A stretch of DNA of 63,384 nucleotides from Gekko japonicus. Its lineage: Eukaryota. A model generated the notes under the pieces. The model worked only from the letters and a program-made list of their open reading frames with translations. It had not been told where the DNA came from and did not search any database. The first letter of the stretch is position 1. The number at the start of each line of letters is the position of its first letter. The stretch is taken from positions 1,014,423 to 1,077,806 of the forward strand of contig NW_015167526.1 of NCBI RefSeq assembly GCF_001447785.1, read 5' to 3'. This document shows, in pieces, positions 11,411-22,350 of this stretch. The position numbers were made by a program, and so were the translations under genes.

Positions 11411-12259
11411 GGGGGGGGAGGGGGGAGGATTACTCTGCCCCTGGAAGCCAACGGGCATCCTCCTGGTCTTTCCTGCTGGGAACAGGTGAGGTTCGCATGA
11501 GGGGCGTGCCTTGAAAACCCGGCCGAGGTGAGCCGCAGCTTCCAGGAGGTGGTCTGGTGGGGAAATGCGCCAGAGCCAACGGAAGCTCCACCCCTCCGGC
11601 ACACCTCACCTGCTCCAATAAAACTGCCCGGGGCTGATCAGCCGGCGCAGAGCCAGCAGGACAGACGGACATGACAGAGCCGTTTGGGGGGGGGGTAACA
11701 AAAGGGAAGCCGCAGCAGCAGAGGATGGTGGGGGAGAGTGAGAAGAGGCAGGCTCAGGAGAAGAAAGTGTGGTCTGGCCCTCCCAGGACCTCTTGGCCAC
11801 AGAGTGCTGCTGTGTTCAGCGCTGCCTCTGTGCAACCGACGAACCAGTTGCTGCACCACATCTGGGACTGCGGAGCATTCCTCTAAGGCAGTTCTATGGG
11901 GACGGAGAGGCGCTCCGCATCCCTCTTTTCCGAGAGGGCGCGGCACGGTCAAAAAGGTGCATCTTCTTCTCGCCGCCACCAAGGCCTGATACAAGTTCCA
12001 TCACAATACAAGCAAGAGAGGTAAAAAAAATCAGAACTGTAGCCTGGGGAAGCTGCTGTGTGGAATTCACCAGTGGAGAGCTCTACCAACACACGGGAAC
12101 GCTTCTCTAATGCCGACACGCATGTGGAAGAGCACGAGGTTAGTGCACAGATTTTGGGTGGCGGGAGCCGACGATTGCTGCTTGAGGCCTGGGAGGGGAC
12201 CACCTGGAGCAGCAGCATCCTCAGAGGAGCCCGTCAGCGGGGCCTCTGTTCCGCTTCTC

Positions 12260-12530
12260 TCACTCCTCGGCCCGGAGCTCCTTGCTCTGCTGCTGCTGCT
12301 GCAGCCTGGACTGGATGCGCTCGTAAAAGAGCAGGTAGGCGCTGGACGCGAGGACCTCCTGCAAAGTGCTTTTGCGCACGATGTCGTCTGAAATCCACAG
12401 CCACTGGTTGCTGGCGGCCAGCGGGTTTCTGGAAGAAGGCGGGGAGCGGCGGTACGTCACAAAGTGTCCCGAATGCATGTCCCCGTGGTGAACCACGACG
12501 GCCATCAGACGGTAGAGATATGCCGGGGAG
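12260..12530 (-). CDS. USP30: USP30 exon 13 (His box, stop TGA)
   Basis: YLYRLMAVVVHHGDMHSGHFVTYRR...WLWISDD...AYLLFYER; acceptor CCTCGTCAG|; total CDS 1509 nt = 502 aa. Confidence 0.97.
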
Positions 12531-12593
12531 CTGACGAGGGCAAGAGTTGGAGGGAAGAAGGGAGAGGAAACGAGAGTGATGACATGTTCATTT

Positions 12594-12987
12594 TAAGAAC
12601 GTAACATAAGAACATAAGAGACGCCAATGTTGGATCAGGCCAAAGGCCCATCCAGTCCAACACTCTGTGTCACACAGTGGCCAGAAATACCAGTGCCATC
12701 AGGAGGTCCAGCAGTGGGGCCAGGACATTAGAAGCCCTCCCATGTTGACCCCCCCCCAAGCACCAAGAAGACAGAGCATCACTTGCCCCAGAGCCCCTAT
12801 CTATACCTTGTGGCTAATAGCCACTGATGGACCTCTGCTCCATATGCCTATCTAATTCCCTTTTGAAGCCGTCCATGCTTTTAGCCGTCACCACTTCCTG
12901 TGGCAGTGAATTCCATGTGTTAATCACTCTTTGGGTGAAGAAGGAATTCCTTTTATCCGTTCTAACCCGACCACTCAGCAATTTCAT
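12594..12987 (-). mobile_element. CR1 3' end, minus strand
   Basis: Reverse complement of about 5770-6156, including the tail. Confidence 0.93.
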
Positions 12988-13670
12988 AATGCCCCTATAT
13001 AAATCAATGGTGCGACCTCATTTGGAATACTGTGTACAGTTCTGGTCACCACACCTTAAAAACGATATTATAGCTTTGGAAAAAGTGCAGAAAAGGACAA
13101 CTAGAATGATAAAAGGGTTGGAACACTTTCCCTATGAAGAAAGGTTAAAGCGCTTGGGGCTCTTTAGCTTGGAGAAACAATGGCTAAGGGGTGACATGAT
13201 TGAGGTTTATAAGATTATGCATGGGAAAGAGCAGGTAGAGAAGGAGGTACTTTTCTCCCTTTCTCACAATACAAGAACTCGTGGGCACTCCATGAAACTG
13301 CTGAGCGGTCAGGTTAGAACGGATAAAAGGAAGTCCTTCTTCACCCAAAGAGTGATGAACACATGGAATTCACTGCCACAGGAGGTGGCGGCGGCTACAA
13401 GCATGGACGGCTTCAAGAGGGAATTAAATAAGCATATGGAGCAGAGGTCCATCGATGGCTATTAGCCACTAGGAACTCTCAGTCTGGGGCAAGTGATGCT
13501 CTGTATTCTTGGTTCTTGGGGGGGGGGGGTCAACAGTGGGAGGGCTTCTAGTGTACTGGCCCCACTGGTGGTCCTCCTGATGGCCCCTTTTATTTTTGGC
13601 CACCGTGTGACAGAGTGTTGGACTGGATGGGCCATTGGCCTGACCCAACATTGGCTTCTCTTATGTTCTT
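12984..13670 (+). mobile_element. CR1 3' fragment, plus strand, fused to the preceding minus copy
   Basis: IMPLYKSMVRPHLEYCVQFWSP...QRSIDGY, then 3'UTR and tail. Confidence 0.93.
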
Positions 13671-13789
13671 AGGAGTTCCCCAGGCTGTGAAACATGCTAA
13701 TGGAGAATTTCAGCAGCCAATCCATATACAAAAGAACCTCTTCAGGAAAGCTCCTCCATTAGCATGTTTCACAGCCTGGGGGACTCCTA
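13670..13789. repeat. 120-bp hairpin / MITE-like element
   Basis: About 36-bp inverted arms TAGGAGTTCCCCAGGCTGTGAAACATGCTAATGGAG / CTCCATTAGCATGTTTCACAGCCTGGGGGACTCCTA. Confidence 0.8.
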
Positions 13790-13849
13790 CATGATAATGA
13801 CTCAGCCCCACCCCGCCTTCCTGGTCACTTTCCTCTGACGCTTCATTCT

Positions 13850-14285
13850 CAATGTTTGAAGAGCTTTTATCTGACCAGGACACTTGTTTTCTGTGTCCTT
13901 TATTTTGAGAATTCCACCTGTAAACGTACCCAGTTTCGTAATCCTTACATTCACACTGAAATTTCTAAATTTTGGCTTCCCAGATCTGCCTTTCTAAATC
14001 TGCTATCTGTCCCTTTAAGTTTTGCATTTTCTCATCATGTTCTTTCAAGTCCTGCAAATTTTTCTTAATATCTAGTTCAAGTTCTGTTATATGCTGATCT
14101 AAATTTTCCAATTCTGACAAAGATTTCTCTATAATTAAAAGCATCAGATCTAGAGAGCATTTGTTCAGAACGGCAGTCCATTTCTTTTTGAATTCACCTG
14201 ATTCAGTGAAAAAAGTAGGGATCTTATGCACGCGTAAGCCACGAGGAATTCTAGCTGTCTTACATATTCTTTCAAGAAAACTGCA
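13850..14285 (-). mobile_element. Penelope-like element (Neptune-type) N-terminal ORF relic
   Basis: RIPRGLRVHKIPTF...KWTAVLNKCSLDLMLLIIE...KI*KFQCECKDYETGYVYRW matches recalled PLE N-terminal motifs; one in-frame stop. Confidence 0.7.
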
Positions 14286-14317
14286 TGCAAATGAATACGT
14301 GCTAGTGCCTGGCTTAC

Positions 14318-14426
14318 CCGTAGTCAGAAACTGCCGTGAAAGGAAACATTATGGGGGACGTCAGCAACGATGGGGAGCAGGTTCCATTCATGACTGAAGG
14401 TTTATTGCCATCCAGCTGTTCCACAT
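14318..14426 (-). CDS. USP30: USP30 exon 12
   Basis: DVEQLDGNKPSVMNGTCSPSLL...SDYG; flanked by CAG| and |GTAAG; phases 1 and 2 fit the neighbours. Confidence 0.9.
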
Positions 14427-14588
14427 CTGCAAGAGAAGCAACACAATTAAAACACTGAACTTAACTGTGCATTAGGAGCAGCATTCCTCTTCAACTGAAC
14501 AGTCCTCGCCTGGCCCCCATCCATGGGGAGGGGAAGTTGTTTCCAGGGGACCAGATAGGGAAGGACTACAAAAGCTGGTGCCCTTTTT

Positions 14589-14991
14589 CAGGGGTCATTT
14601 CGTAGAAAAAGAGGTGCAGGAGCTCATTGGCATAACTTATTTACATATGCCACACCCCGACATCACCGGGAGTGTGTCAGAAGGCAACACCCACCGCTCA
14701 GGCTCTACTGGACTGTTTGGGATTGCTAGCTGTTGGGGGGGGGGGACACGTGCAGATCTATCCTCATAGAGGAGGGAGAGCTGGTACCTGAATAAAACTT
14801 GGTCTTAAAGGTGCCACTGGACTGTTTTGGGCCGGGGGGGCCAGGGCGAGCTCTGCGGCTTCCCTGGCTGCTTCTTGCTCTGACTGAGGGCTGCTGGGAG
14901 CAGGGGGTGGGGCTTGTTGCATGTGCCCGCCCCCCGGGCTCTTTACTGCCGGAGCTCCGCTCCTGTGTGCTCCTGCAGGAAATGACCCCTG
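14589..14991 (+). mobile_element. hAT-type MITE family C (TIR CAGGGGTCATTTC)
   Basis: Terminal inverted repeats; 8-bp TSD CCCTTTTT. Confidence 0.9.
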
Positions 14992-15116
14992 CCCTTTTTT
15001 CTTTGGAGGCAGAGGAGGGGACTCAAACGTTCCATTGAGTTATCTGCAAGGCTGCTTCAAAGGTTACCTGGAGGCCTTCAAGAATCCTACTCCCTTCCCT
15101 GCACCCCACCCCCTGG

Positions 15117-15322
15117 CAGTGTTCCCTCTAAGCTGAGTTAGTGTGAGCTGGCTCACAGTTTTTTAGCCTCCGGCTCACACATTTTTGTCTTCGCTCAGGC
15201 AGGATGGCTCCAGAGCAAACTAATTTATGCAGCAGCCAAATCGCTGACTCACAACTTTAATGCCGGTAGCTCACAAAGTAGAATTTTTGCTCGCAAGACT
15301 CCACAGCTTACAGGGTGCATTG
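15117..15322 (+). mobile_element. hAT-type MITE family A (TIR CAGTGTTCCCTCTAAGCTG, about 205 bp)
   Basis: TIRs; imperfect TSD CCCCCTGG/CCCCCCGG; about 10 copies in the window. Confidence 0.88.
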
Positions 15323-15454
15323 CCCCCCGGTCATACAAAACTCGTGCATGGACAGAACAACTCAGATGGGCACAGCATGCTCATCAGCGGGACTGGCGCT
15401 GGATATCAACTTGTGCATTCCTCATTCCGTTTTTGCATCATTTCTCCCCCATAC

Positions 15455-15641
15455 CTGGATACTTTCCGTCAGGTGACGCCTCTTGCTGGTTCCTCAGGTT
15501 CGGCTTATGTGCGGGGAAGCGGTGCTTGTAGATGTCCATGACGAGAAACTCGCTGAACTGCACGTGCTCGTTCCGCTTGAGGGGCATGCCGTGGCTGGAC
15601 CAGCTCAGCCTCTGCAGGTGGATGCAGAGGCACTGCGGCAG
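15455..15641 (-). CDS. USP30: USP30 exon 11
   Basis: LPQCLCIHLQRLSWSSHGMPLKRNEHVQFSEFLVMDIYK...; donor CAG|GTATGG; 187 nt. Confidence 0.93.
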
Positions 15642-15904
15642 CTGCAGAGCAAGACGCCACCACGCCGTGGCGGAGGACAAGGAGGAGAAAAAGGGCTGTT
15701 CAGAGCAGGGCGGCCTATTCCCAGAAGCAAGAAGAGGGCAACCTAGAAGACCACCGTATGGGCCTGTCTGTGGCCTGCTTCTCATGAGCAGTTGAAGAGG
15801 GACAGACATTTTCTGGACTGTCCTGACCCCAGCCTGCTAATGGAAGCCCACGCAACTGAATGATGGACAAACGCCTTGTGTCCCAGGCCAAACTAATCCT
15901 CTCC

Positions 15905-16280
15905 ATCCAGCAAGGGGAAAATGGCCAGCTACTTTTACAACCTTGATCACCCTTCTCATCGTAAAGCTTTTACACTGGCCTGACTAAATAGTTTCCCCTC
16001 AAAAATATTAACTGGTCGGTATAACAAAGTCCCATTCCATGAAAGGCAATGCATCTGTCCTCTAAAATCGACAGATTCAATTCATCACATTATCTCGGAA
16101 TGTCAATTGCATGCAGGTTCACCTAAGAAACTCCTTTCCTCTCTGCTATACCCTAAACATTGTGTTAACGATGACAGTATGATCCAAAGTCTATTAAATG
16201 ACACAAACCCAGACATCACAGCTCTGGTTGCTAGGTTTTTGGCTGAAGCGGCTAAAGATAGATACAAGCTTTCTGTATGA
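15905..16280 (+). mobile_element. Non-LTR retrotransposon C-terminal relic (RTE-X-like)
   Basis: Hand translation MASYFYNLDHPSHRKAFTLA*LNSFPSKILTGRYNKVPFHERQCICP...DSIHHIISEC...VARFL with a CxC..HxxxxC knuckle; absent from the ORF track. Confidence 0.65.
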
Positions 16281-16427
16281 TCTGCCTTATTTTGCTGTCT
16301 CTGTAACGCCTCCTTGCTCATATTTTATCACACTGTTTATTTGACAAACGCCTTGCACACAGGAAACTCAATCTCAGTGTTGTGCATGAGTCTCTCTACA
16401 TCTCCACCAGTCCTGTTACAATATAAA

Positions 16428-16849
16428 GTTGAGTAAACGTGGGAAAACACTGTGTTAAAACAAAACACACAATTCTGATACTGTGCCTTCATATATTTGT
16501 ATAAATCATATACTTAAATATACAATAAAGACTCAAGTGTGTCTTATTAAGTACAGTACATTGATAACAAAAACCTAAAGAACAATATATATCTTGTAGG
16601 AAAGTCCACAGCTACAGAGACTAATATGCAGACAGGATTCAATGCTGTAGACTATCTTGCTTTCTGAATGGACTTTTCTACAAGATATATATTGTTCTTT
16701 AGGTTTTTGTTATCAATGTACTATAATTAATAGGACACACTAGGGTCTTTATATTTAGGTATATGATTTAAACAAATATATGAAGGCATCGTAGCATATC
16801 AGAATTGTGTGTTTTGTTTTAACACGGTGTTTCCCCACGTGTACTCAAC
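16428..16849. repeat. Long AT-rich inverted repeat (about 180-bp arms, 60-bp spacer)
   Basis: 16428-16608 is the reverse complement of 16669-16849 with scattered mismatches. Confidence 0.92.
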
Positions 16850-17489
16850 CTTGCCATGTTTCCTGTGTGTTGCTACAATATAAAGTTGACCTGCAGCCCA
16901 CGTGTTGGACATGACCCCTAAAGGAGTTTTGGTCTGTGGCAACCAGCTGCTTGACAGGAATTCTGAGTCACTGAGATCTGCAAGGGTCGGCAAGGTAACC
17001 TCAGGAAAAAAGGAGACGTTGTGGACTGGGTGGGGACTCTGCATCACATGGCAGGAGCTAGATCTTTTATGACCTATGAAGTAGAATTCTGCAGCCCGAA
17101 AAGCTAAATTCTGGGATTCTGTAACACCACTGGATAGATAGGTCTGTAATGCACGCCTGACTTTTATTCTCCCGTGGCCCATTCTCTGAATAAAGCCAAC
17201 GGTGCTTGGTTTTAAGCCATCTAGATCCAATCCCCCCCCCCTCCAGTGCATTTTTGTCCTACCCTGCCTCCCAGGAAGACAGGATGGGACGCACACAGCT
17301 CATCTCCTCCCCCCCCCCCGCCCCTCCCCTCCCCCCCCCCCCAGTCCTCACATGGCCACTGTGGCCACACCTGCGGTTGGGCCCTGGAATCACCGTCACA
17401 AGCAAAAACATCTTCCCTGGTCTCTTGCTATGGATGCCAAGATCAGGCCTGTGTGCAGTTCTAGAGGCCTCACTTCAAAAAGGATGTGG

Positions 17490-18157
17490 GCAAAATTAAG
17501 AGGGTGCAGAGGAGAGCGACGAGGATGATCGGGGGTCTGGAGACTGAGCCCTACGAGGAAAGGCTTGAGGGCCTTGGGAATGTTTCGTCTGGAGGAGACT
17601 GAGGGGGGACCTGATCAGTGCTCCCTCTAAGCAGTGGAGTTTCGTGAGCAAAGATTCTACTTTGTGAGCTACTGGCATTAACGCTGTGAGCCAGGATTTT
17701 AGCTACTGCAGAAATTAGTTTGCTCTGGAGTCATTATTCCTGAGCAGAGACAAAAATGTGTGAGCTGGAAGCTAAAAAAAACTGTGAACTAACTCACACT
17801 AACTCAGCTTAGAGGGAACACTGGACCTGATTGCTCTCTGTAAAATTTTGAAAGGCTGTCATTTGGAGGAGGGCAAGAAGCTGTTCCAGTTGGCAGCAGA
17901 GGACAGGACCCGAAGCAACGAGTTTAAACTGCATGCAGAAAGGTATCGGCTGGGTATTAGGAAACACTTTTTCACGGTCAGGGTGGTTCAAAGGTGGAAT
18001 CAGCTGCCTAGGGAGGAGGTGAGCTCCCCTTCCCTGACAGCTTTCATGAAGAGGCTGGAATGAATATTTGTCAGAGATGCTTTAGGCTGGTCCCGCATTG
18101 GGCAGGGGGTTGGACTAGACGGTCTGTATGGCCCCTTCCAACTCTATGATTCTATGA
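17490..18157 (+). mobile_element. Older CR1 3' fragment with MITE A nested at 17616-17823
   Basis: CR1 C-terminal peptide and TTCTATGA tail; MITE TSD GACCTGAT on both sides. Confidence 0.88.
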
Positions 18158-18254
18158 AAAGCACCCTGGTCAAAGGCAGGATGCGACCCCTCTGGCTCAC
18201 CGCTTAGTCCCCACAAGCAACCCCTAACGGGTGCGGCTAAGAACAGAGTCTTAC

Positions 18255-18335
18255 CTTCCCCAGTTTCAGCTGCTTCACAAAGGTGGTTCTCTGGTTCTCT
18301 AGGACGTGCCCGCTCGCCGTCTCCTGTGCCTGAAC
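18255..18335 (-). CDS. USP30: USP30 exon 10
   Basis: VQAQETASGHVLENQRTTFVKQLKLGK; 81 nt; AG/GT boundaries. Confidence 0.95.
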
Positions 18336-18743
18336 CTGGGAAGACAGAATTGCGCCCAGTGACACCGGGCAACGCAGACTTCACAATGACAGCTGTATCC
18401 AGAGACATGCAGTCCGTTTTGATTGATTCTTGGATGCTGTCATGGCAAACCTCCCCAGGTATGGCCTGGTTCATATGCGGCTCTAATAAAGCCTCCGTGC
18501 AGGGAGAGGCCTCCGCACAACTGTGGGAGTTATCGGTTCTCACAGAGACTCACAGCCCCCTCCGGAGGCCTTCTCCACCGTGACACCAACCTCTTCGATC
18601 GATCGCCCGTCAGCTGGACTCATCCTGTTGGAGGGGGAGCAAAATGGCAATACTGACAAGAGGGCTGGAAGAAGGCCTCCTGCTGACCCAACGGCTGCCA
18701 CAGGCACCGGGGAACTGCTTCTGCATGAAGACGTCCAAGGTTC

Positions 18744-18879
18744 CACCCCTAATGTAGCCAATCCTCCAAGAGCTTACAGTAGCTCCTGTAAGAAGAGCTC
18801 TGTAAGCTCTTGGGGGATTGGCTACATTAGGGGGTGTGGCCTAATAGGCAAAGGAGGTCCTGCTACAAAAAGAGCCCTG
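18744..18879. mobile_element. Palindromic MITE family B, one arm truncated
   Basis: CCCCTAATGTAGCCAATCC...GGATTGGCTACATTAGGGG hairpin ending AAAAGAGCCCTG. Confidence 0.8.
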
Positions 18880-18936
18880 CCTGAGGTGGAACAAGGGAGG
18901 AAGAGGGAGGAGGAGGAGGAGATCGGATTTATCTGA

Positions 18937-19476
18937 GAGAGCCAGTTTGGTGTCATGGTTAAGTGCACGGACTCTAATCTGGGAGAACCAGGTTTGATTC
19001 CCCACTCCTCCACTTGCACCTGCTGGATGACCTTGGGGCAAGCCACAGTTCTGGCACAGCTGTTCCTTGAAAAAGAGCCGTTTCTGTCAGAGCTCTCTCA
19101 GCCCCACCTGCCTCACAGGGTGTCTGTTGTGGGGAGGGGAAGGGAAAGGAGTTTGTAAGCCGCTCTGAGACACCTTCGGGTAGTGAAGGGCAGGGTATAA
19201 ATCCAGCCTCTTCTCCTCTTCTCTTTATACCCTGCACTTCACTACCCAAAGGCGTCTTGGAACGGCTTACAATCTCCTCCCCCTCCCAACAACAGACACC
19301 CTGTGAGGTCGGCGGGGCTGAGAGAGCTCTCTCGAGAACAGCCCTCGAGAGAACAGCTCTGAGAGAACTCGTGACTGACCCAAGGTCACGCCAGCAGCTG
19401 CATGTGGAGGAGTGGGGAAATCAAACCTGGTTCTCCCAGATTAGAGTCCGCACACTTAACCACTACACCAAACTGG
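18937..19476. mobile_element. Two Squam3-like SINEs joined tail-to-tail (18937-19224 +, 19225-19476 -)
   Basis: Both copies carry the tRNA head and body. Confidence 0.88.
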
Positions 19477-20160
19477 TGTAACGAAAGAAAGGTCTATGCA
19501 CTACCATGCCAGGCAGACCGACAGATCTGGAGAGGAGGAAGACAGAGAAGTAATCTCATTGGCTCCCAGAACTGCCAGTCAAAAAGGACTGCACTGTTGG
19601 GGAGGGAAGAGAAGAACAGCTCGGAACTTCACCTTCTAACCATGTAAAAAAAGGACTAGATGACTTGCCCAGGGCAGCCTGATGTCAGTGTGCCCCCTGC
19701 TGTGCCAGGAGCAGCTTGCAAGCTCACTTCTCACGCAGCACTTCCAGGCTGGAGATCTCCCTGCGACAAGAAAAGGGCAAGACCCAGAATGTTCTGCAAC
19801 ACCACAACGACCCACCTGGCCTACAGTGGCAAAAACCCTTGAAGCGGCGTTGCTTCCAAGATTGCCAGCAGAACAGGATGAAAACTCCTGAGTGACAGGG
19901 AAAAGAATGGCCTCTCCAACACACTGCGTATGTGTGTAAAGTGCTACCAAGTAATGGGAGAAAGAGGTGAATGGGAGAAAGAGGTGACCCTATCAGTACA
20001 GGAGGTAAATAGACTGATGAAGGGATTATTGGAAATAAAACTGGAAAAATTCAAAGAACTGGAAATGAAACTAATCTTGAAAATGGTATAGGACACCTGC
20101 TCAGTTATCTTATATGATTAAGGGAATGAAATCAGAGTGTTGGCACTGTAAAAGGGTAAG

Positions 20161-20448
20161 AGGGCCAGTTTGGTGTAGTGGTTAAGTGTGCGGACTCTAA
20201 TCTGGGAGAACCGGGTTTGATTCCCCACTCCTCCACATGCAGCTGCTGGATGACCTTGGGCAAGCCGTAGTCCTGATAAGAGCTGTCCTTGAAAAAGAGC
20301 AGTTTCTGTCAAGAGCTCTCTCAGCCCCACCTACCTCACAGGGTGTCTGTTGTGGGGAGGGGAAGGGAAAGGAGTTTGTAAGCCGCTCTGAGACACCTTT
20401 GGGTAGTGAAGGGCGGGGTATAAATCCAATTTCTTCTTCTTCTTCTTC
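20161..20448 (+). mobile_element. Squam3-like SINE
   Basis: Full length with (CTT)n tail. Confidence 0.88.
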
Positions 20449-20930
20449 ATTATGCACATCTTTGGTGGGAATGTTCTAAGGCAATGGAATTTTGGCAACT
20501 GATCCTGGAAAAGGTTGATAATTTATGTAATGTTAGGATTGAGTTGCATGAGAAAGTGTTATTTATGGGAATTCTGGGAAACAATAAAGTAGATGGATCC
20601 AAAAAGGATTTATTTAAAGCTATGATTCTAGCGGCTCTTGTAGTAATAGCATATGGATGGAAAGAGGCACTAAAATGGACTTTGGAAAGGTGGAATTGGT
20701 ACCTATATGAAATGGATTCAATCAGATATTTTACTGATATTAAAACAGGAAACGACATGGGGAGATAAGGCGCTGGAGATAAGGAAGAAAGGGTTTAGGT
20801 ATATCAGATGGGTGAGAGAAGGGGGCTCCAGTAATGATGTATTTGTAAAACTCCATAGAGTATGCTTATGGCGGCAGATATAATAATGTTTTTTTCTTTC
20901 AATTGGTCACTCGTGTGAAGGGGGGAATAA
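20449..20930 (+). mobile_element. L1-clade ORF2 C-terminal relic
   Basis: H..WWECSKAMEFWQLI...AMILAALVVIAYGWK...W resembles an L1 C-terminus; continues left of the SINE (about 19990-20160). Confidence 0.65.
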
Positions 20931-21289
20931 TAAAGGGGAAGAAGAAGAAGAGATTGGATGTATACCCTACCCTTCACTACCCAAGGGAGTCTCAGAGTGG
21001 CTTACAAACTCCTTTCCCCTCCCCTCCCCACAACAGACACCCTGGGAGGTAGGTGGGGCTGAGAGAACTCTGACAGAAACTTTAGATCATGAATCAGAGG
21101 AAGTTGCACGGCGGTTTGGGCAAGTGGGTACAGAAAGGGAATAAGATAACGAGGATAGAGAGTACTTATATGCTTTCAATGTTTGATTTGATTCTTAGAA
21201 AGAGGAGAATATGAAAAATGAAGTGTTAAGATATGCAGAAAAATATCTGGATACATATATATATATACTTAATAAAATATCAATTAAAT

Positions 21290-21712
21290 AAGTCACAGCC
21301 CACTTGTGGCGACCCCGGCAAGGGGCTTTCAAGGCAAGTGAGGCACAGAGATGGTTGGCCATGGCCTTCCTCTGCAGAGTCTTCCTCGGTGGTTTCCCTT
21401 CTATGTACCAACCCTGCTTTGCTTCTGAGATTTATTATTTATTAAATTCAATTTATATACCGTGCTGCCTTCCCTCTCCATCAAGTAACGTTTGTGTGTG
21501 TGTAAAGATCTGTCAAGTCACAGAGAACTTGTGGTGATCCAGCAAGGGGGCTCTCAGGGCAAGTGAGACACAGAGGTGGTTGGCCACGGCCTTCCCCTGC
21601 AGACGCAGAATCCTTCTTCCTCTGCAGAATCTTTCTTGATGGTTGTCTCCCCCGAGGGTCGACCCTGCTTAGCTTCCGAGATCTGACGAGGTCGGGCTGG
21701 GCTACGCCGCCT
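21290..21712 (-). mobile_element. Two degenerate 5S rRNA-derived SINE copies
   Basis: Reverse complement of the 5S core CCCGACCTCGTCAGATCTCGGAAGCTAAGCAGGGTCG, plus the body shared with 57565. Confidence 0.7.
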
Positions 21713-21806
21713 CCCTGCCCTTCCGACACGTTACGGAACAGCAGATCCACACCGTGCGGACGATGCGCCCGTGCGACCCCAAGAAGCAGAAATCGGAACC
21801 ACCTAC

Positions 21807-21893
21807 TTTGGTGCAGTTGTTGCAGACGACGTCCTTGACCGACTCAGAAGAGATGAAATGGTGGAGGCAGTGGTCCAGTGTCATGGGGTGGCC
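21807..21893 (-). CDS. USP30: USP30 exon 9
   Basis: GHPMTLDHCLHHFISSESVKDVVCNNCTK; 87 nt. Confidence 0.96.
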
Positions 21894-21930
21894 CTGCGTC
21901 CGAGGGAAGGAAGAGTAGGCAGAGGGTTGG

Positions 21931-22217
21931 ACACACCCCTAATGTAGCCAATCCTCCAAGAGCTTACAGTAGCCTCTGTAAGAAGAGCTCTGTAAGCTCT
22001 TGGAGGATTGGCTACATTAGGGGGCGTGTCACCTAATATGCAAAGGAGCTCCTGCTACAAAAAGAGCCCTGGGCGACACACCCCTAATGTAGCCAATCCT
22101 CCAAGAGCTTACAGTAGCCCCTGTAAGAAGAGCTCTGTAAGCTCTTGGAGGATTGATTACATAAGGGGGGGTGTCACCTAATATACAAAGGAGTTCCTGC
22201 TACAAAAAGAGCCCTGG
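21931..22217. repeat. Tandem dimer of truncated MITE B (period about 145)
   Basis: 21931-22071 is repeated at 22076-22217. Confidence 0.88.
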
Positions 22218-22290
22218 AGCACCTTCTTCATTAAAAATGGCAGCTTCTTCCTCTGTGAAGCCAACTGCCTAGGGGAGAGCGAGGACTTAC

Positions 22291-22350
22291 CCACTTTGTG
22301 GCAGGGATGCTCAGGGAAAGGCTGTCAAAAGTGTCGTATCTGACGGGACT
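22291..22350 (-). CDS. USP30: USP30 exon 8
   Basis: SPVRYDTFDSLSLSIPATKW; 60 nt; donor TGG|GTAAGT. Confidence 0.96.

Noticed and set aside
10940-11430. ORFs spanning N runs, and G tracts as G-quadruplexes
   Set aside because: Sequence next to gaps is unreliable.
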